A stretch of DNA of 64,000 nt from NCBI GenBank assembly GCA_036654455.1, contig JAVVRZ010000004.1, positions 199 to 64,198 of the forward strand. Direction: 5' to 3'. Of the stretch, positions 55,574 to 64,000 are shown one piece after another; position 1 is the stretch's first letter; every line of letters begins with the position of its first letter. The position numbers were made by a program, and so were the translations under genes. The notes under the pieces are model-generated. The model worked only from the letters and a program-made list of their open reading frames with translations. It made no database searches and was not told where the DNA came from. Source of the stretch: Clostridia bacterium (GTDB lineage: Bacteria > Bacillota > Clostridia > Christensenellales > CAG-314).

Positions 55574-58525
55574 ATGAAAAGATATGTTAAATCTTTGGTG
55601 TCAATTCTACTCGCTGTTGTTATGCTATTTACTTTTGTTGGCTGTGACGATACCCTTTTTGTTGTTAAGTTTTTTGACGGAACAGAACAAATCGGCAAAG
55701 ACGTAGCAGGGACTTCTAGCAAAGTGATTGTTCCCGTTACCGCTCCAACCAAAGTCGGTTACACATTTGAGGGTTGGTTTGACGCAAAGATTGACGGTAA
55801 TAAATTTGTAGATGGCACTAAGTTTACACAAAATATAACGTATTACGCAAGATATACCAAAGACGCCGAACCCACCGTTACCTATACTGTCAAATTTTTT
55901 GACGGAGATATCCAAGTAGGGCAAGACGTTGTTGGCGCTCCCGAACAAGTCATAGTAGCGCCTACTGCTCCAACCAAGGCTGGTTTTATATTTACAGGTT
56001 GGTTTGACCAAAAAGTCAATGGCGATAAATTAGAAAAAGACGCTAAGTTTACTAAAAATATATCTTATTATGCAAGGTATATTGCAGAGGGTCAATCTCC
56101 AACCACCTTTACAGTCAAGTTTTTTGACGGTTTAACGCAAATAGGGCAAGACGTTGTTGGCACTGCCGAACAGCTTATAGTTCCTCCTATGCCACCGGCC
56201 AAAAAAGGTTTTGTGTTTAGCGGTTGGTACGACCAACAAATAGGCGGTACAAAGTTGCCATTTGGCGCAAAATTTACTAAAAACGTAACTTACTACGCAA
56301 GGTACGAAGTAATGAAGACCGAAGGCGAAATTGAAGGCGACGTCAATGACGCCGTCGATAAGAGTCCTACTCTTTCTAGCGGTAATGTTGCGTTAGATAT
56401 CATAACCAAACAAGTTCTTAAAAAAATACTTGTTTCTACTTGCATTAAGTTGACGTTTAGCGGTGTTATGCAAGATAAGATTGCTATTTTGTTAGATATT
56501 TTTACCAACCCTAATAGCGAAATAGTTAGCTTAATAAATCAAATTAAGACAGCGCCTACCCCCGAACTTATTACAAAACTTATTGGATTGATTAAGCTTG
56601 ACGACTTTACCCCCGACGAAGTAGCAACTATTGTTAAGGCGCTTGTCGAGTCAACCTTAGACACAGCCTCAAAGAGTTCAACCTATGACGAACTTGTAAC
56701 CGAACTTAATAAATATGTCGCTACTTTTACCAAAGAACAAGTCAGCGAATATGCTTTTTACGCAGAACTAACTCTTATTAGAGATTACTACGGCAATTAC
56801 GGAAAATATGTATTTAACAATACCGATATGCCAGAAGTAGAATATAACGATTTTGTAGCTTTAATGAGGAGTTTGCCCGATTACAACGCTACTACTTTAA
56901 ATTCTACTACATACCAAACCTTAGTCGCTACGGCTACGTTTGAGCGTCCAAATCCCGTAATGGACTTTGTCAACAAGATTATCGCATCTATGGGCAAAGA
57001 TTATTCTGGCGCAGTAGCGGGTGAGGGTTCGCTTATAGCTAGACTTGCAAACGAGTCCAAACGCATAGAGGCTCTTCCTCAAAAACAAGCGATGGCAGAT
57101 TCTTTTGCTAAGGCGACAACTTTACAAAAGACGCTTACCGTGCGTTTGGCAAATATAATTAAGGCTAACGCTACGGCAACCGCCGAAGATTTAACTTTTT
57201 TACAAGATTGGTCTATTGAGTGGAAAGCGATATTTAAGGACACTAAGATTACTCCTCCGCAAACAGTAGAGGGATTAACGGCTAAATATATTGCCGAGCT
57301 TACAGTTCAAATGACTAGTGATATGCACGCTCTCGAAATGGCGCTTAAAGACTACGTTTCTTACGCTAACGCTCTAACGGCTATAAAGTTAATGCCTCTT
57401 GTTAGCTATCAAGTGACCCAAGTATTGTTTAGCGAGGCTTACATTAGCAAAGATTTACAAAAAAGTTTTATAGATTTAATTAAGCCTACAATAAAGACTT
57501 ACGCAGAGTTGAAAGGTAATTCTACAAAGATAGAGCCTTACATTCAACTGTTTAAGAGCGGTAATATTACTGACAAGCAATATTTAGAGTTTATTAAATT
57601 AGTTAAAGATTCGGCAAATTTAGTTAATTCCTATACTACCAAGAATGGTAATTCGCTCAACACTTTTGCCGACAAGATAGGTGTTTTGACAAGTAAATTT
57701 AAAGCGACACAGGATATTCCAATTACAGATATTATAAAAAGTTTAATCAGCGTAGGCAAAGAATTACCCCTACTCGCTACTACAATATTAGATACGTTGA
57801 ATAAACAACTGCTAATTGATATCTTTTCGCTTACAAATGAAGATTCTGTGCCGGCAAATGCGGTGATTGTTCTAGCCAGAATAGTTACGACAATCAATTC
57901 CAGTTTAACTGACGAACAAATATCCGCCCTTATTCCAACGCTACTTAATAGTTTAAGCGGACAAGTTAAGAGCGCTATGTTCTCGGCTTTACTTTCAAGC
58001 GGTCTATTTACAATGACAACACAAGATACCGAAATTGTAAATAAATATACTAAGGCGCAAGAAATAACTAGACTACTCGCTCTATTTAATTCGCAAATTG
58101 CGCAGGGCGAAAATGCTGTTAAAGCGACTTACAACAAGTTAATTGAGCTAACTCAAATTACAGTTACAATCACCGACTTTGCTTCGCAAACACAAGTTAA
58201 CGCCTTTGTAACTGCCGTTAAGGGCGTATTAGATGGGTTAAATATTGACTCGCTTGATAATCAAGTTAGCAATATAATGATATTTAAACTTCAAACGGCG
58301 ATTACAAAATATAACGCCCGTGACGAAATTTCGGCAATTGCAAGTTTGCCTTTGCTCACTTCAAGTTCGGGGGCGGAATATGTAACTTTCTTAACCACGC
58401 TCAACGCTTATTTTGCAAAAGTTGGCATAACGGAAATTGACGGCGCTACTTACCTTTCGCAATTAATAGCTATTATTAATACCCTTAAATTGTTAGGAAA
58501 CACTACGCCGACAGTTACTCCTTAA
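55574..58525 (+). CDS. large surface lipoprotein: three Listeria-Bacteroides-type (Flg_new) repeats plus ~740-aa uncharacterised helical region
   Basis: Signal peptide with lipobox-like FVGC (Cys24). Repeats carry ..KFFDG..Q.G.DV....E..V.P..P.K.G..F.GW.D....G.K......KFT.N..YYARY. Confidence 0.75.
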   Translation: MKRYVKSLVSILLAVVMLFTFVGCDDTLFVVKFFDGTEQIGKDVAGTSSKVIVPVTAPTKVGYTFEGWFDAKIDGNKFVDGTKFTQNITYYARYTKDAEPTVTYTVKFFDGDIQVGQDVVGAPEQVIVAPTAPTKAGFIFTGWFDQKVNGDKLEKDAKFTKNISYYARYIAEGQSPTTFTVKFFDGLTQIGQDVVGTAEQLIVPPMPPAKKGFVFSGWYDQQIGGTKLPFGAKFTKNVTYYARYEVMKTEGEIEGDVNDAVDKSPTLSSGNVALDIITKQVLKKILVSTCIKLTFSGVMQDKIAILLDIFTNPNSEIVSLINQIKTAPTPELITKLIGLIKLDDFTPDEVATIVKALVESTLDTASKSSTYDELVTELNKYVATFTKEQVSEYAFYAELTLIRDYYGNYGKYVFNNTDMPEVEYNDFVALMRSLPDYNATTLNSTTYQTLVATATFERPNPVMDFVNKIIASMGKDYSGAVAGEGSLIARLANESKRIEALPQKQAMADSFAKATTLQKTLTVRLANIIKANATATAEDLTFLQDWSIEWKAIFKDTKITPPQTVEGLTAKYIAELTVQMTSDMHALEMALKDYVSYANALTAIKLMPLVSYQVTQVLFSEAYISKDLQKSFIDLIKPTIKTYAELKGNSTKIEPYIQLFKSGNITDKQYLEFIKLVKDSANLVNSYTTKNGNSLNTFADKIGVLTSKFKATQDIPITDIIKSLISVGKELPLLATTILDTLNKQLLIDIFSLTNEDSVPANAVIVLARIVTTINSSLTDEQISALIPTLLNSLSGQVKSAMFSALLSSGLFTMTTQDTEIVNKYTKAQEITRLLALFNSQIAQGENAVKATYNKLIELTQITVTITDFASQTQVNAFVTAVKGVLDGLNIDSLDNQVSNIMIFKLQTAITKYNARDEISAIASLPLLTSSSGAEYVTFLTTLNAYFAKVGITEIDGATYLSQLIAIINTLKLLGNTTPTVTP
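55658..56305 (+). repeat. three in-frame 225-nt (75-aa period) coding repeats
   Basis: aa 29-94, 104-169 and 179-244 of the lipoprotein. Confidence 0.85.
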
Positions 58526-58562
58526 AGTTATAACAGCTCCAATTATTTTAAAATCTTAAAAA

Positions 58563-58592
58563 AAAGAAACACTTTTAAAGTGTTTCTTTTTT
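58563..58592 (+). terminator. rho-independent terminator
   Basis: AAGAAACACTT..AAGTGTTTCTT followed by TTTT. Confidence 0.8.
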
Positions 58593-58675
58593 AGTATATC
58601 AAAGACAATAAATATTATATTTAAATAACGCAAATTTGCCAAGAATTTCTTAATATCTTGTATTTATATAAAATG

Positions 58676-59509
58676 CTATTTATTAAGCCTTTCTACTAGA
58701 TAAGGCATAGCTTTTTCAAATTCTACGCCGTACCAATGGCTTTTATCGGGAATTGTTTGCTTGATACATTCGACAGTGTAATCAACGGCAATGCTTGCTG
58801 ATTCGTTAAGAGATTTGCCCCTCATTAAAGAACCAACTAGACAGCTTGCGTATACGTCGCCTGTGCCGTGCATAGCTATGTCAATTTTGTTTTGGAAATA
58901 GTAATATACGCAATCTTTGGCGTGGTTATATACGCATACGCCAAGTTTATCTTCTTCAAAGCTAACGCCGGTAAGCACTACGTCGGCATTTGTTAGTTTG
59001 GTAAAGCTACGGCACAAGTTTTCAATATATCTTCGGTCGTAACCTTTTTCGACATAGGGGATATCTAGTAGGAATGACGCTTCGGTTAGGTTAGGCACAA
59101 TTATGTCGGCTTTTTTGATAAGTTTAGCCATTTCTTTTACAAACGCTGGGGTAAACCCCGTGTAAAGAACTCCGCCGTCAGCCATAACCGGGTCAATTAC
59201 AATTTTTGCGTCTTTGCCAAAGTCGGCAAACATTTTATCAATAATGCCTATTTGTTCAACGCTACCAATATAGCCGGTATAGATTGAGTCGAAGGAAAAG
59301 TTTTGCTCTTGCCAATGTTTTGCAATTTTGCTCATTTCGTTAGTTAGGTCAAGAAAAGTATAATTGTTAAATTTGTAAGTGTGCGTAGACAACACTGCGG
59401 TTGGCATTATACAGCACTCAACTCCGCAAGCTGAGATTATAGGTAGAGCCACTGTAAGCGAACACTGTCCTATGCAAGAGATGTCTTGAATCGTAAGTAT
59501 TTTTTTCAT
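58676..59509 (-). CDS. pdxK: pyridoxamine/pyridoxal kinase
   Basis: MKKILTIQDISCIGQCSLTVALPIISACGVE signature, GTGD near the C-terminus, 277 aa. Confidence 0.85.
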   Translation of the reverse strand: MKKILTIQDISCIGQCSLTVALPIISACGVECCIMPTAVLSTHTYKFNNYTFLDLTNEMSKIAKHWQEQNFSFDSIYTGYIGSVEQIGIIDKMFADFGKDAKIVIDPVMADGGVLYTGFTPAFVKEMAKLIKKADIIVPNLTEASFLLDIPYVEKGYDRRYIENLCRSFTKLTNADVVLTGVSFEEDKLGVCVYNHAKDCVYYYFQNKIDIAMHGTGDVYASCLVGSLMRGKSLNESASIAVDYTVECIKQTIPDKSHWYGVEFEKAMPYLVERLNK

Positions 59510-59537
59510 CGTCTATTCTCCTTAATTGTTCCAAATA

Positions 59538-59566
59538 ATTATCTAATATTTAGGGTTTTTTGTCAA
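59538..59566 (-). promoter_or_regulatory. promoter TTGACA-N17-GATAAT for pdxK
   Basis: Reverse complement reads TTGACAAAAAACCCTAAATATTAGATAAT. Confidence 0.65.
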
Positions 59567-59722
59567 CCCAAATACCCTTGCAAACTTAGATTTGATTACT
59601 ATTTATACGTTTTTTAACTATTTCAGTCAAAACGCTTTATTCTTTTTTTAGTATTGTTAAGCGTTTGCTTTTAACTTAGCGTTGTGATAAAATTGATATA
59701 CTATTAAAGAAGGTTTTGCTAA

Positions 59723-60700
59723 GTGAAGGAATTTTTCTTTGCCGTAAATGGCATAATGCCAATTATTATACTCGTAGCCGTCGGTTACCTACTTAAAAAG
59801 CTAAGAATTTTTAATGACAATTTTTTAAGCGTGGCAAACAAAGTTTGTTTTAAGGTATTTTTGCCCTGTATGTTATTTATTAACATCTATACTATTAAAG
59901 ATTTTACCCATATTAACTGGCAATTAGTATTATTCGCCGTTATCGCAACATTAATTATTTTTGCTCTCGGTCTAGTAATAGGCAAACTCAGCACAAACGA
60001 CTTATCACAGCGTGGCGTAATAGCGATGTGTGTGTTTAGACCTAACTCCGTTATTATAGGTTTGTCGCTAGTAACTTCTATTTATGGCGAAATCGGCGGT
60101 GGTACTATGGCGTTACTGCTTGCGTTTACAATACCTTTGTTTAATATTCTAAGCATAATAACTTTTTCGGTTTATAACAAAAATGAAAAACTTAATGTTG
60201 GCAAAACATTACTCAACCTTATTAAAAATCCTTTGACAATAAGTATTTTAATAGCTTTTGGCGCTCTTTTTGTAAGATATTTACTTAGTCTAGGCGATAT
60301 TTCATTTAGACTTACCGATATTTCATTTATTTATCAATCGATAAAGACGCTTGGCGGACTTGCAACGCCCCTTGCCCTATTAGTTTTGGGAGGACAATTT
60401 GCCTTTTCTTCGGCAAAACAATTTGCAAAGCCCATTACGATTGGAGTGCTATGCAGACTTGTTATTATGCCGATTGCAACGTTTATTGTTGCGTACTATT
60501 TTTTCGACTTTACTCAAATAGAATTTGCTTGTTTGATGTGTTTGTTTGCAGCTCCGCTTGCTGTGACTAGCGTAGTAATGGCAAGCGAAATGAATTCTTC
60601 CGCCGAACTTGCCGGTCAATTAGTTGTTTGGACAACCTTACTTAGCTTTGTAACTTTATTTGTGTATATTATGACTTTTGGCAGTCTTGGTTTAATTTAG
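59723..60700 (+). CDS. AEC (auxin efflux carrier) family transporter
   Basis: About 10 TM helices, GTG start, family-typical N-terminus (..NGIMPIIILVAVGYLLKK). Confidence 0.7.
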   Translation: MKEFFFAVNGIMPIIILVAVGYLLKKLRIFNDNFLSVANKVCFKVFLPCMLFINIYTIKDFTHINWQLVLFAVIATLIIFALGLVIGKLSTNDLSQRGVIAMCVFRPNSVIIGLSLVTSIYGEIGGGTMALLLAFTIPLFNILSIITFSVYNKNEKLNVGKTLLNLIKNPLTISILIAFGALFVRYLLSLGDISFRLTDISFIYQSIKTLGGLATPLALLVLGGQFAFSSAKQFAKPITIGVLCRLVIMPIATFIVAYYFFDFTQIEFACLMCLFAAPLAVTSVVMASEMNSSAELAGQLVVWTTLLSFVTLFVYIMTFGSLGLI

Positions 60701-60746
60701 TTTAGCATTTTATTGTAGTTACATTTTGTACATATATATTAAAAAA

Positions 60747-60775
60747 ACCTTCTATAATATTATAGAAGGTTTTTT
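60747..60775. terminator. bidirectional terminator
   Basis: ACCTTCTATAA/TTATAGAAGGT stem with A7 upstream and T5 downstream. Confidence 0.8.
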
Positions 60776-60822
60776 AAAGATGTTTATAATTAAACTAGGA
60801 ATATTTCAAGTTTTTATAATTT

Positions 60823-61341
60823 CTATTTCAATTCTTGTTTTACAAGAATTTTAGTAATTTCGCCAACATATAAGGTATGATAATCGTTATTTTTATAGAT
60901 TTCTTTACATAGTTTGTCGTCGACAAAACTTTGGGGTGTAAATTCCTGCGCATAAAGTTTTTGGCATAGTAGCACGGTATTTGCCTGCGTAAAGTAGGGG
61001 GTAGCGTCTTTGTCGCAAGTTTCAAGTTTGCTAATTTTAATTTTGTCGACATCTTTGCCCGATACCGAACCCAAATAGCCTAACTGGTCTTTATACTTTT
61101 GGTCAAAAAAAGATAATGAAAAGGTAGATGAGTTGTCGACAAATTGTTTAGTGTATCGAGTTGGCCTAATGACGATAAAGGCGACATTTTTATTCCATAG
61201 TACGCCAAGCCCGCCCCAAGACGCCGTCATTGTATTAATTTTTCCGTTGTGACTAGCGGTAATTAACATCCATTCTTGCCCGATTGCGACAAATGGGTTT
61301 TTATTAAATTGTTCTATCTCTACTTGTTTAAATTCAGTCAT
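60823..61341 (-). CDS. flavin reductase family protein
   Basis: 172 aa, ..MTASWGGLG.. flavin-reductase-like motif. Confidence 0.65.
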   Translation of the reverse strand: MTEFKQVEIEQFNKNPFVAIGQEWMLITASHNGKINTMTASWGGLGVLWNKNVAFIVIRPTRYTKQFVDNSSTFSLSFFDQKYKDQLGYLGSVSGKDVDKIKISKLETCDKDATPYFTQANTVLLCQKLYAQEFTPQSFVDDKLCKEIYKNNDYHTLYVGEITKILVKQELK

Positions 61342-61467
61342 TGTTTACTCCTTTAATTTAAATACCAGTTAAATATATTTTATCATAGTATTTAAAAACT
61401 TACAACTTGCAATTTGTTTTTCTTTTAATTAATTGTAAAATAATTACAATTATGTTATTATTTAAAT

Positions 61468-62817
61468 ATGAAAAAAGATGATGACTTATTATTAGATATA
61501 GTTGATTTAGGCGCTAACGGCGAGGGAATCGCCCACGTCGATAATCAAACTATTTTTGTTCCCTACGCATTAGTCGGTGAAAAAGTTAGCGCAAAGGTCG
61601 ACTTTTGTAAAAATGGTATTGCTTTTACGCATCTTAAAAAAGTTATAACTCAAAGTCCGCATAGGGTGGCTCCGCCCTGCGAAGTGTTTGGAGAATGCGG
61701 TGGTTGTCAACTTCAACATCTTGCTTACGAACAGCAACTTGAACTTAAACGAGCTAATGTTTCCAACAATTTTAAAAAAATTGCCAAACTTGACGTTACT
61801 TGCGACAATGTAATATGGCAAGCTAAATATGGTTATCGCAATAAATTGCAAATGCCAATTTCGCAAATTGATGGTAAACTGGCGTTTGGATTTTACAAAA
61901 ACTCAACGCACGATATAATTGAGGTTGACAAATGTATTTTACATGGCGACTGGTGTGGCAAGCTTATCAATATCGTCAAGACTTTTGCTGAGGAAAATGG
62001 CATTTTAGGTTACTGCGAAAGTGACGACAGCGGTCTATTAAAGCACCTAGTAGCTAGATATATCAACAAACAGCTGATGGTTTGTCTAGTAATTTTTGGA
62101 GAAACATTGCCAAATCACGGTCAACTATACAAGGCCTTAAAAGAAAAATTTAGTTCGGTCAGTCTATACATCAATATAAATAAAGTAAAAAACAATGTAA
62201 TTTTGGGCAAAAAATATGTTCTTTTAGGTGGCGAAAAGTCAATAAAAACCAACGTTTTATGGCTAAAAGTCGAAGTTCAACCTGCAAGTTTTATGCAAAT
62301 TAATGATGGAATTAGAGATAAAATTTATTCTACGGCGCTTAGCAAAGTGGGTCGCACAAATGTACTAATCGATGCTTACAGTGGCGCTGGGGTGCTTTCA
62401 GCCCTTCTGGCGGGCAAGTTTGAACAAGTAACGGGTATTGAGATAGTCAAAGAGGCAGTCGAAGACGCCCAAGCGCTTGTAAAAGCAAACAACATTTCTA
62501 ACTGCAATTTTGTTTTAGGCGACTGCTCGCAAGAGCTAGGCAAGGTTGCAAAAGCGTACGTTGAACAAGGCAAGACAATTACTCTAATAGTCGACCCGCC
62601 CCGAAAGGGTTGCGACAAGTCTGTAATCGAGGCAATCGCCAACGCTAAGCCTGATTACCTTCTTTATATTTCTTGCAACAGCGCTACTCTCGCCCGTGAC
62701 ATCGCCTACCTTCTCGACCTTGCGTCTGACTACGCCCTTTCTCCGCCCGCCCTCTTCGATATGTTCCCCCAAACTAAACACGTCGAGTGCGTGGTGTTGA
62801 TGTCAAGGAAACAATAA
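61468..62817 (+). CDS. 23S rRNA (uracil-C5)-methyltransferase, RumA/RlmD family
   Basis: TRAM-like N-terminus, Fe-S cluster cysteines (..PPCEVFGECGGCQLQH), SAM fold, DPPRKG, catalytic Cys region YISCN. Confidence 0.85.
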   Translation: MKKDDDLLLDIVDLGANGEGIAHVDNQTIFVPYALVGEKVSAKVDFCKNGIAFTHLKKVITQSPHRVAPPCEVFGECGGCQLQHLAYEQQLELKRANVSNNFKKIAKLDVTCDNVIWQAKYGYRNKLQMPISQIDGKLAFGFYKNSTHDIIEVDKCILHGDWCGKLINIVKTFAEENGILGYCESDDSGLLKHLVARYINKQLMVCLVIFGETLPNHGQLYKALKEKFSSVSLYININKVKNNVILGKKYVLLGGEKSIKTNVLWLKVEVQPASFMQINDGIRDKIYSTALSKVGRTNVLIDAYSGAGVLSALLAGKFEQVTGIEIVKEAVEDAQALVKANNISNCNFVLGDCSQELGKVAKAYVEQGKTITLIVDPPRKGCDKSVIEAIANAKPDYLLYISCNSATLARDIAYLLDLASDYALSPPALFDMFPQTKHVECVVLMSRKQ

Positions 62818-63095
62818 ATTTTCAATAAAGATTATTTATATCTGGCGTATACCTAACAAAATCATTATTAACATAAAGTTGTTGCGTTATACAATCGTAG
62901 GTTTATATAAATCAGGGGTTTCTAAGCGCATACACGAAATAGAAACCAAATAATTTGACAAAAATCATTTAATGATAGAATTATTAAAATGAAAAGGGGT
63001 ATCGTGAGGCATGGCAACACATAGATGAAAATTCCTTGAAACGGAAAGAAAATTGTTTTTAGCAAACTAAATTTATAGAATAGGAGGGGAATATT

Positions 63096-63521
63096 TTGGT
63101 TCGTGTAGCGCAAACAGATGATGCAGTTCAATTAGAAATGTTAAACAATGAGTTTAATGGTAAAGGTGAAACTTCTCTCGAAAATATTAGGAAATCTTTA
63201 CTTAACAACGAAAGAGAAATTGTTGTTGTATACTGTGATAGGAATTTACTTGTTGGCTTCACGTGTGTACAATTAAAAAAATCTTTTTGCTATGATGACT
63301 ATATGCCTGAAATTACAGAGGTATATGTAAAAGTCGAATATCGCAATAGAGGTATCGCAACAGCTATGATTACATTTGCAGAAGATTATTGCAAACACAA
63401 TTTTGGAGTGCATGAATTTGAACTTCTTACTGGGGAAAATAATAATACTGCGCAAAAAGTTTATCAAAAAATAGGATACGCTGGCGACGGGGAAATACAT
63501 TTAAGCAAAAGAGTAAGATAG
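63096..63521 (+). CDS. GNAT family N-acetyltransferase
   Basis: 141 aa, RNRGIATAM acetyl-CoA motif, TTG start with RBS AGGAGGGG. Confidence 0.7.
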   Translation: MVRVAQTDDAVQLEMLNNEFNGKGETSLENIRKSLLNNEREIVVVYCDRNLLVGFTCVQLKKSFCYDDYMPEITEVYVKVEYRNRGIATAMITFAEDYCKHNFGVHEFELLTGENNNTAQKVYQKIGYAGDGEIHLSKRVR

Positions 63522-63726
63522 AAATATTAGCTTTATCAACCACGCAAAATGAGCATAATACGAAGTTGATATGTTCCCTAACACCGATAAACGCAGTGGA
63601 TATGTTGCCACAAACGGACAAAGAACAAGACACACTATTTGACGTACTTCCACTCAACTTGCGCAACGGTTGAAGTTCTTGCGTGTTTTGTGCGCAAATA
63701 AGAAATAGACTATCTAAACTACTTAT

Positions 63727-63771
63727 ATACCGATAGGGTTAAGCGTAACGGCTTACTCTATCGGTATTTTT
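63727..63771 (+). terminator. hairpin plus T-run (terminator-like)
   Basis: ATACCGATAG..CTATCGGTAT 10-bp stem followed by TTTT. No obvious upstream CDS within 200 nt. Confidence 0.4.
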
Positions 63772-64000
63772 AATGCTTTTTATTTGTAGACTTAACAGTT
63801 GCGATAGATTAATTAAAATGGTTGATTATTTTAGCGTAGATAAATGTTTATCTAAGTTAAATTAATTAGCGTATAGATTATGCGAATATATTGATAGAAT
63901 AAACGCATTTTATAAGTTTGTTTAAATAAATATATTTAAATATTACAATTTATAATAATATTTTAGAAAATCTATTGAAAATTAACAAAATAAATGGTAT

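Noticed and set aside
61699-61707. Reverse-complement 9-nt match (GGTTGTCAA) to the start of the mini-array spacer, inside the rRNA methyltransferase gene
   Set aside because: The match is only 9 nt, diverges immediately, and has no PAM context. It is at chance level, so I do not treat it as a self-target.
63522-63700. Slightly GC-richer stretch after the GNAT gene with 23-codon ORFs and a minus-strand 79-aa ORF
   Set aside because: There is no RBS, no recognisable motif, and the frames conflict. It may be a decayed gene fragment, but I cannot support any call.

Overview
The window looks like a chromosomal segment from a low-GC, Firmicutes-like bacterium (FloA/NfeD, QueT, TsaE-TsaB-RimI, MurF/Ddl, consensus sigma-A promoters, GGAGG ribosome-binding sites). 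It opens at the 3' end of an rRNA operon (23S tail, 5S rRNA, terminator). Most of the rest is housekeeping and carbohydrate metabolism: GH95, GH13, GH3 and GH36 hydrolases, galE, galU, galK, pgi, a phospho-sugar mutase, glgA, nrdR, rpsT, murI, an EF-G paralog, pepF, tldD/pmbA, hisS, a P-type ATPase, and an FMN-riboswitch-controlled ribU. The one clearly accessory stretch is a ~6 kb islet (about 46.5-52.6 kb) just downstream of tRNA-Asn(GTT). It holds a decayed type I-C CRISPR-Cas locus. The interference genes are gone, and only an in-frame C-terminal remnant of cas7 survives. cas4-cas1-cas2, the leader and a very homogeneous 20-repeat array look intact. The trailer end of the array is broken by ~314 bp carrying a gene fragment. 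Beyond that lies a detached two-repeat mini-array whose spacer is a perfect TTGACA-N17-TATAAT promoter pointing at a small P-loop ATPase gene. Other oddities are an S20 with a long K/A/P-rich tail, a MurF with a polytopic membrane N-terminus, a 983-aa lipoprotein with three Listeria-Bacteroides-type repeats, and several intergenic tandem repeats. All protein calls rest on motifs recognised by eye in the supplied translations. No database search, HMM, folding or composition calculation was run, and start codons are mostly those of the ORF track.
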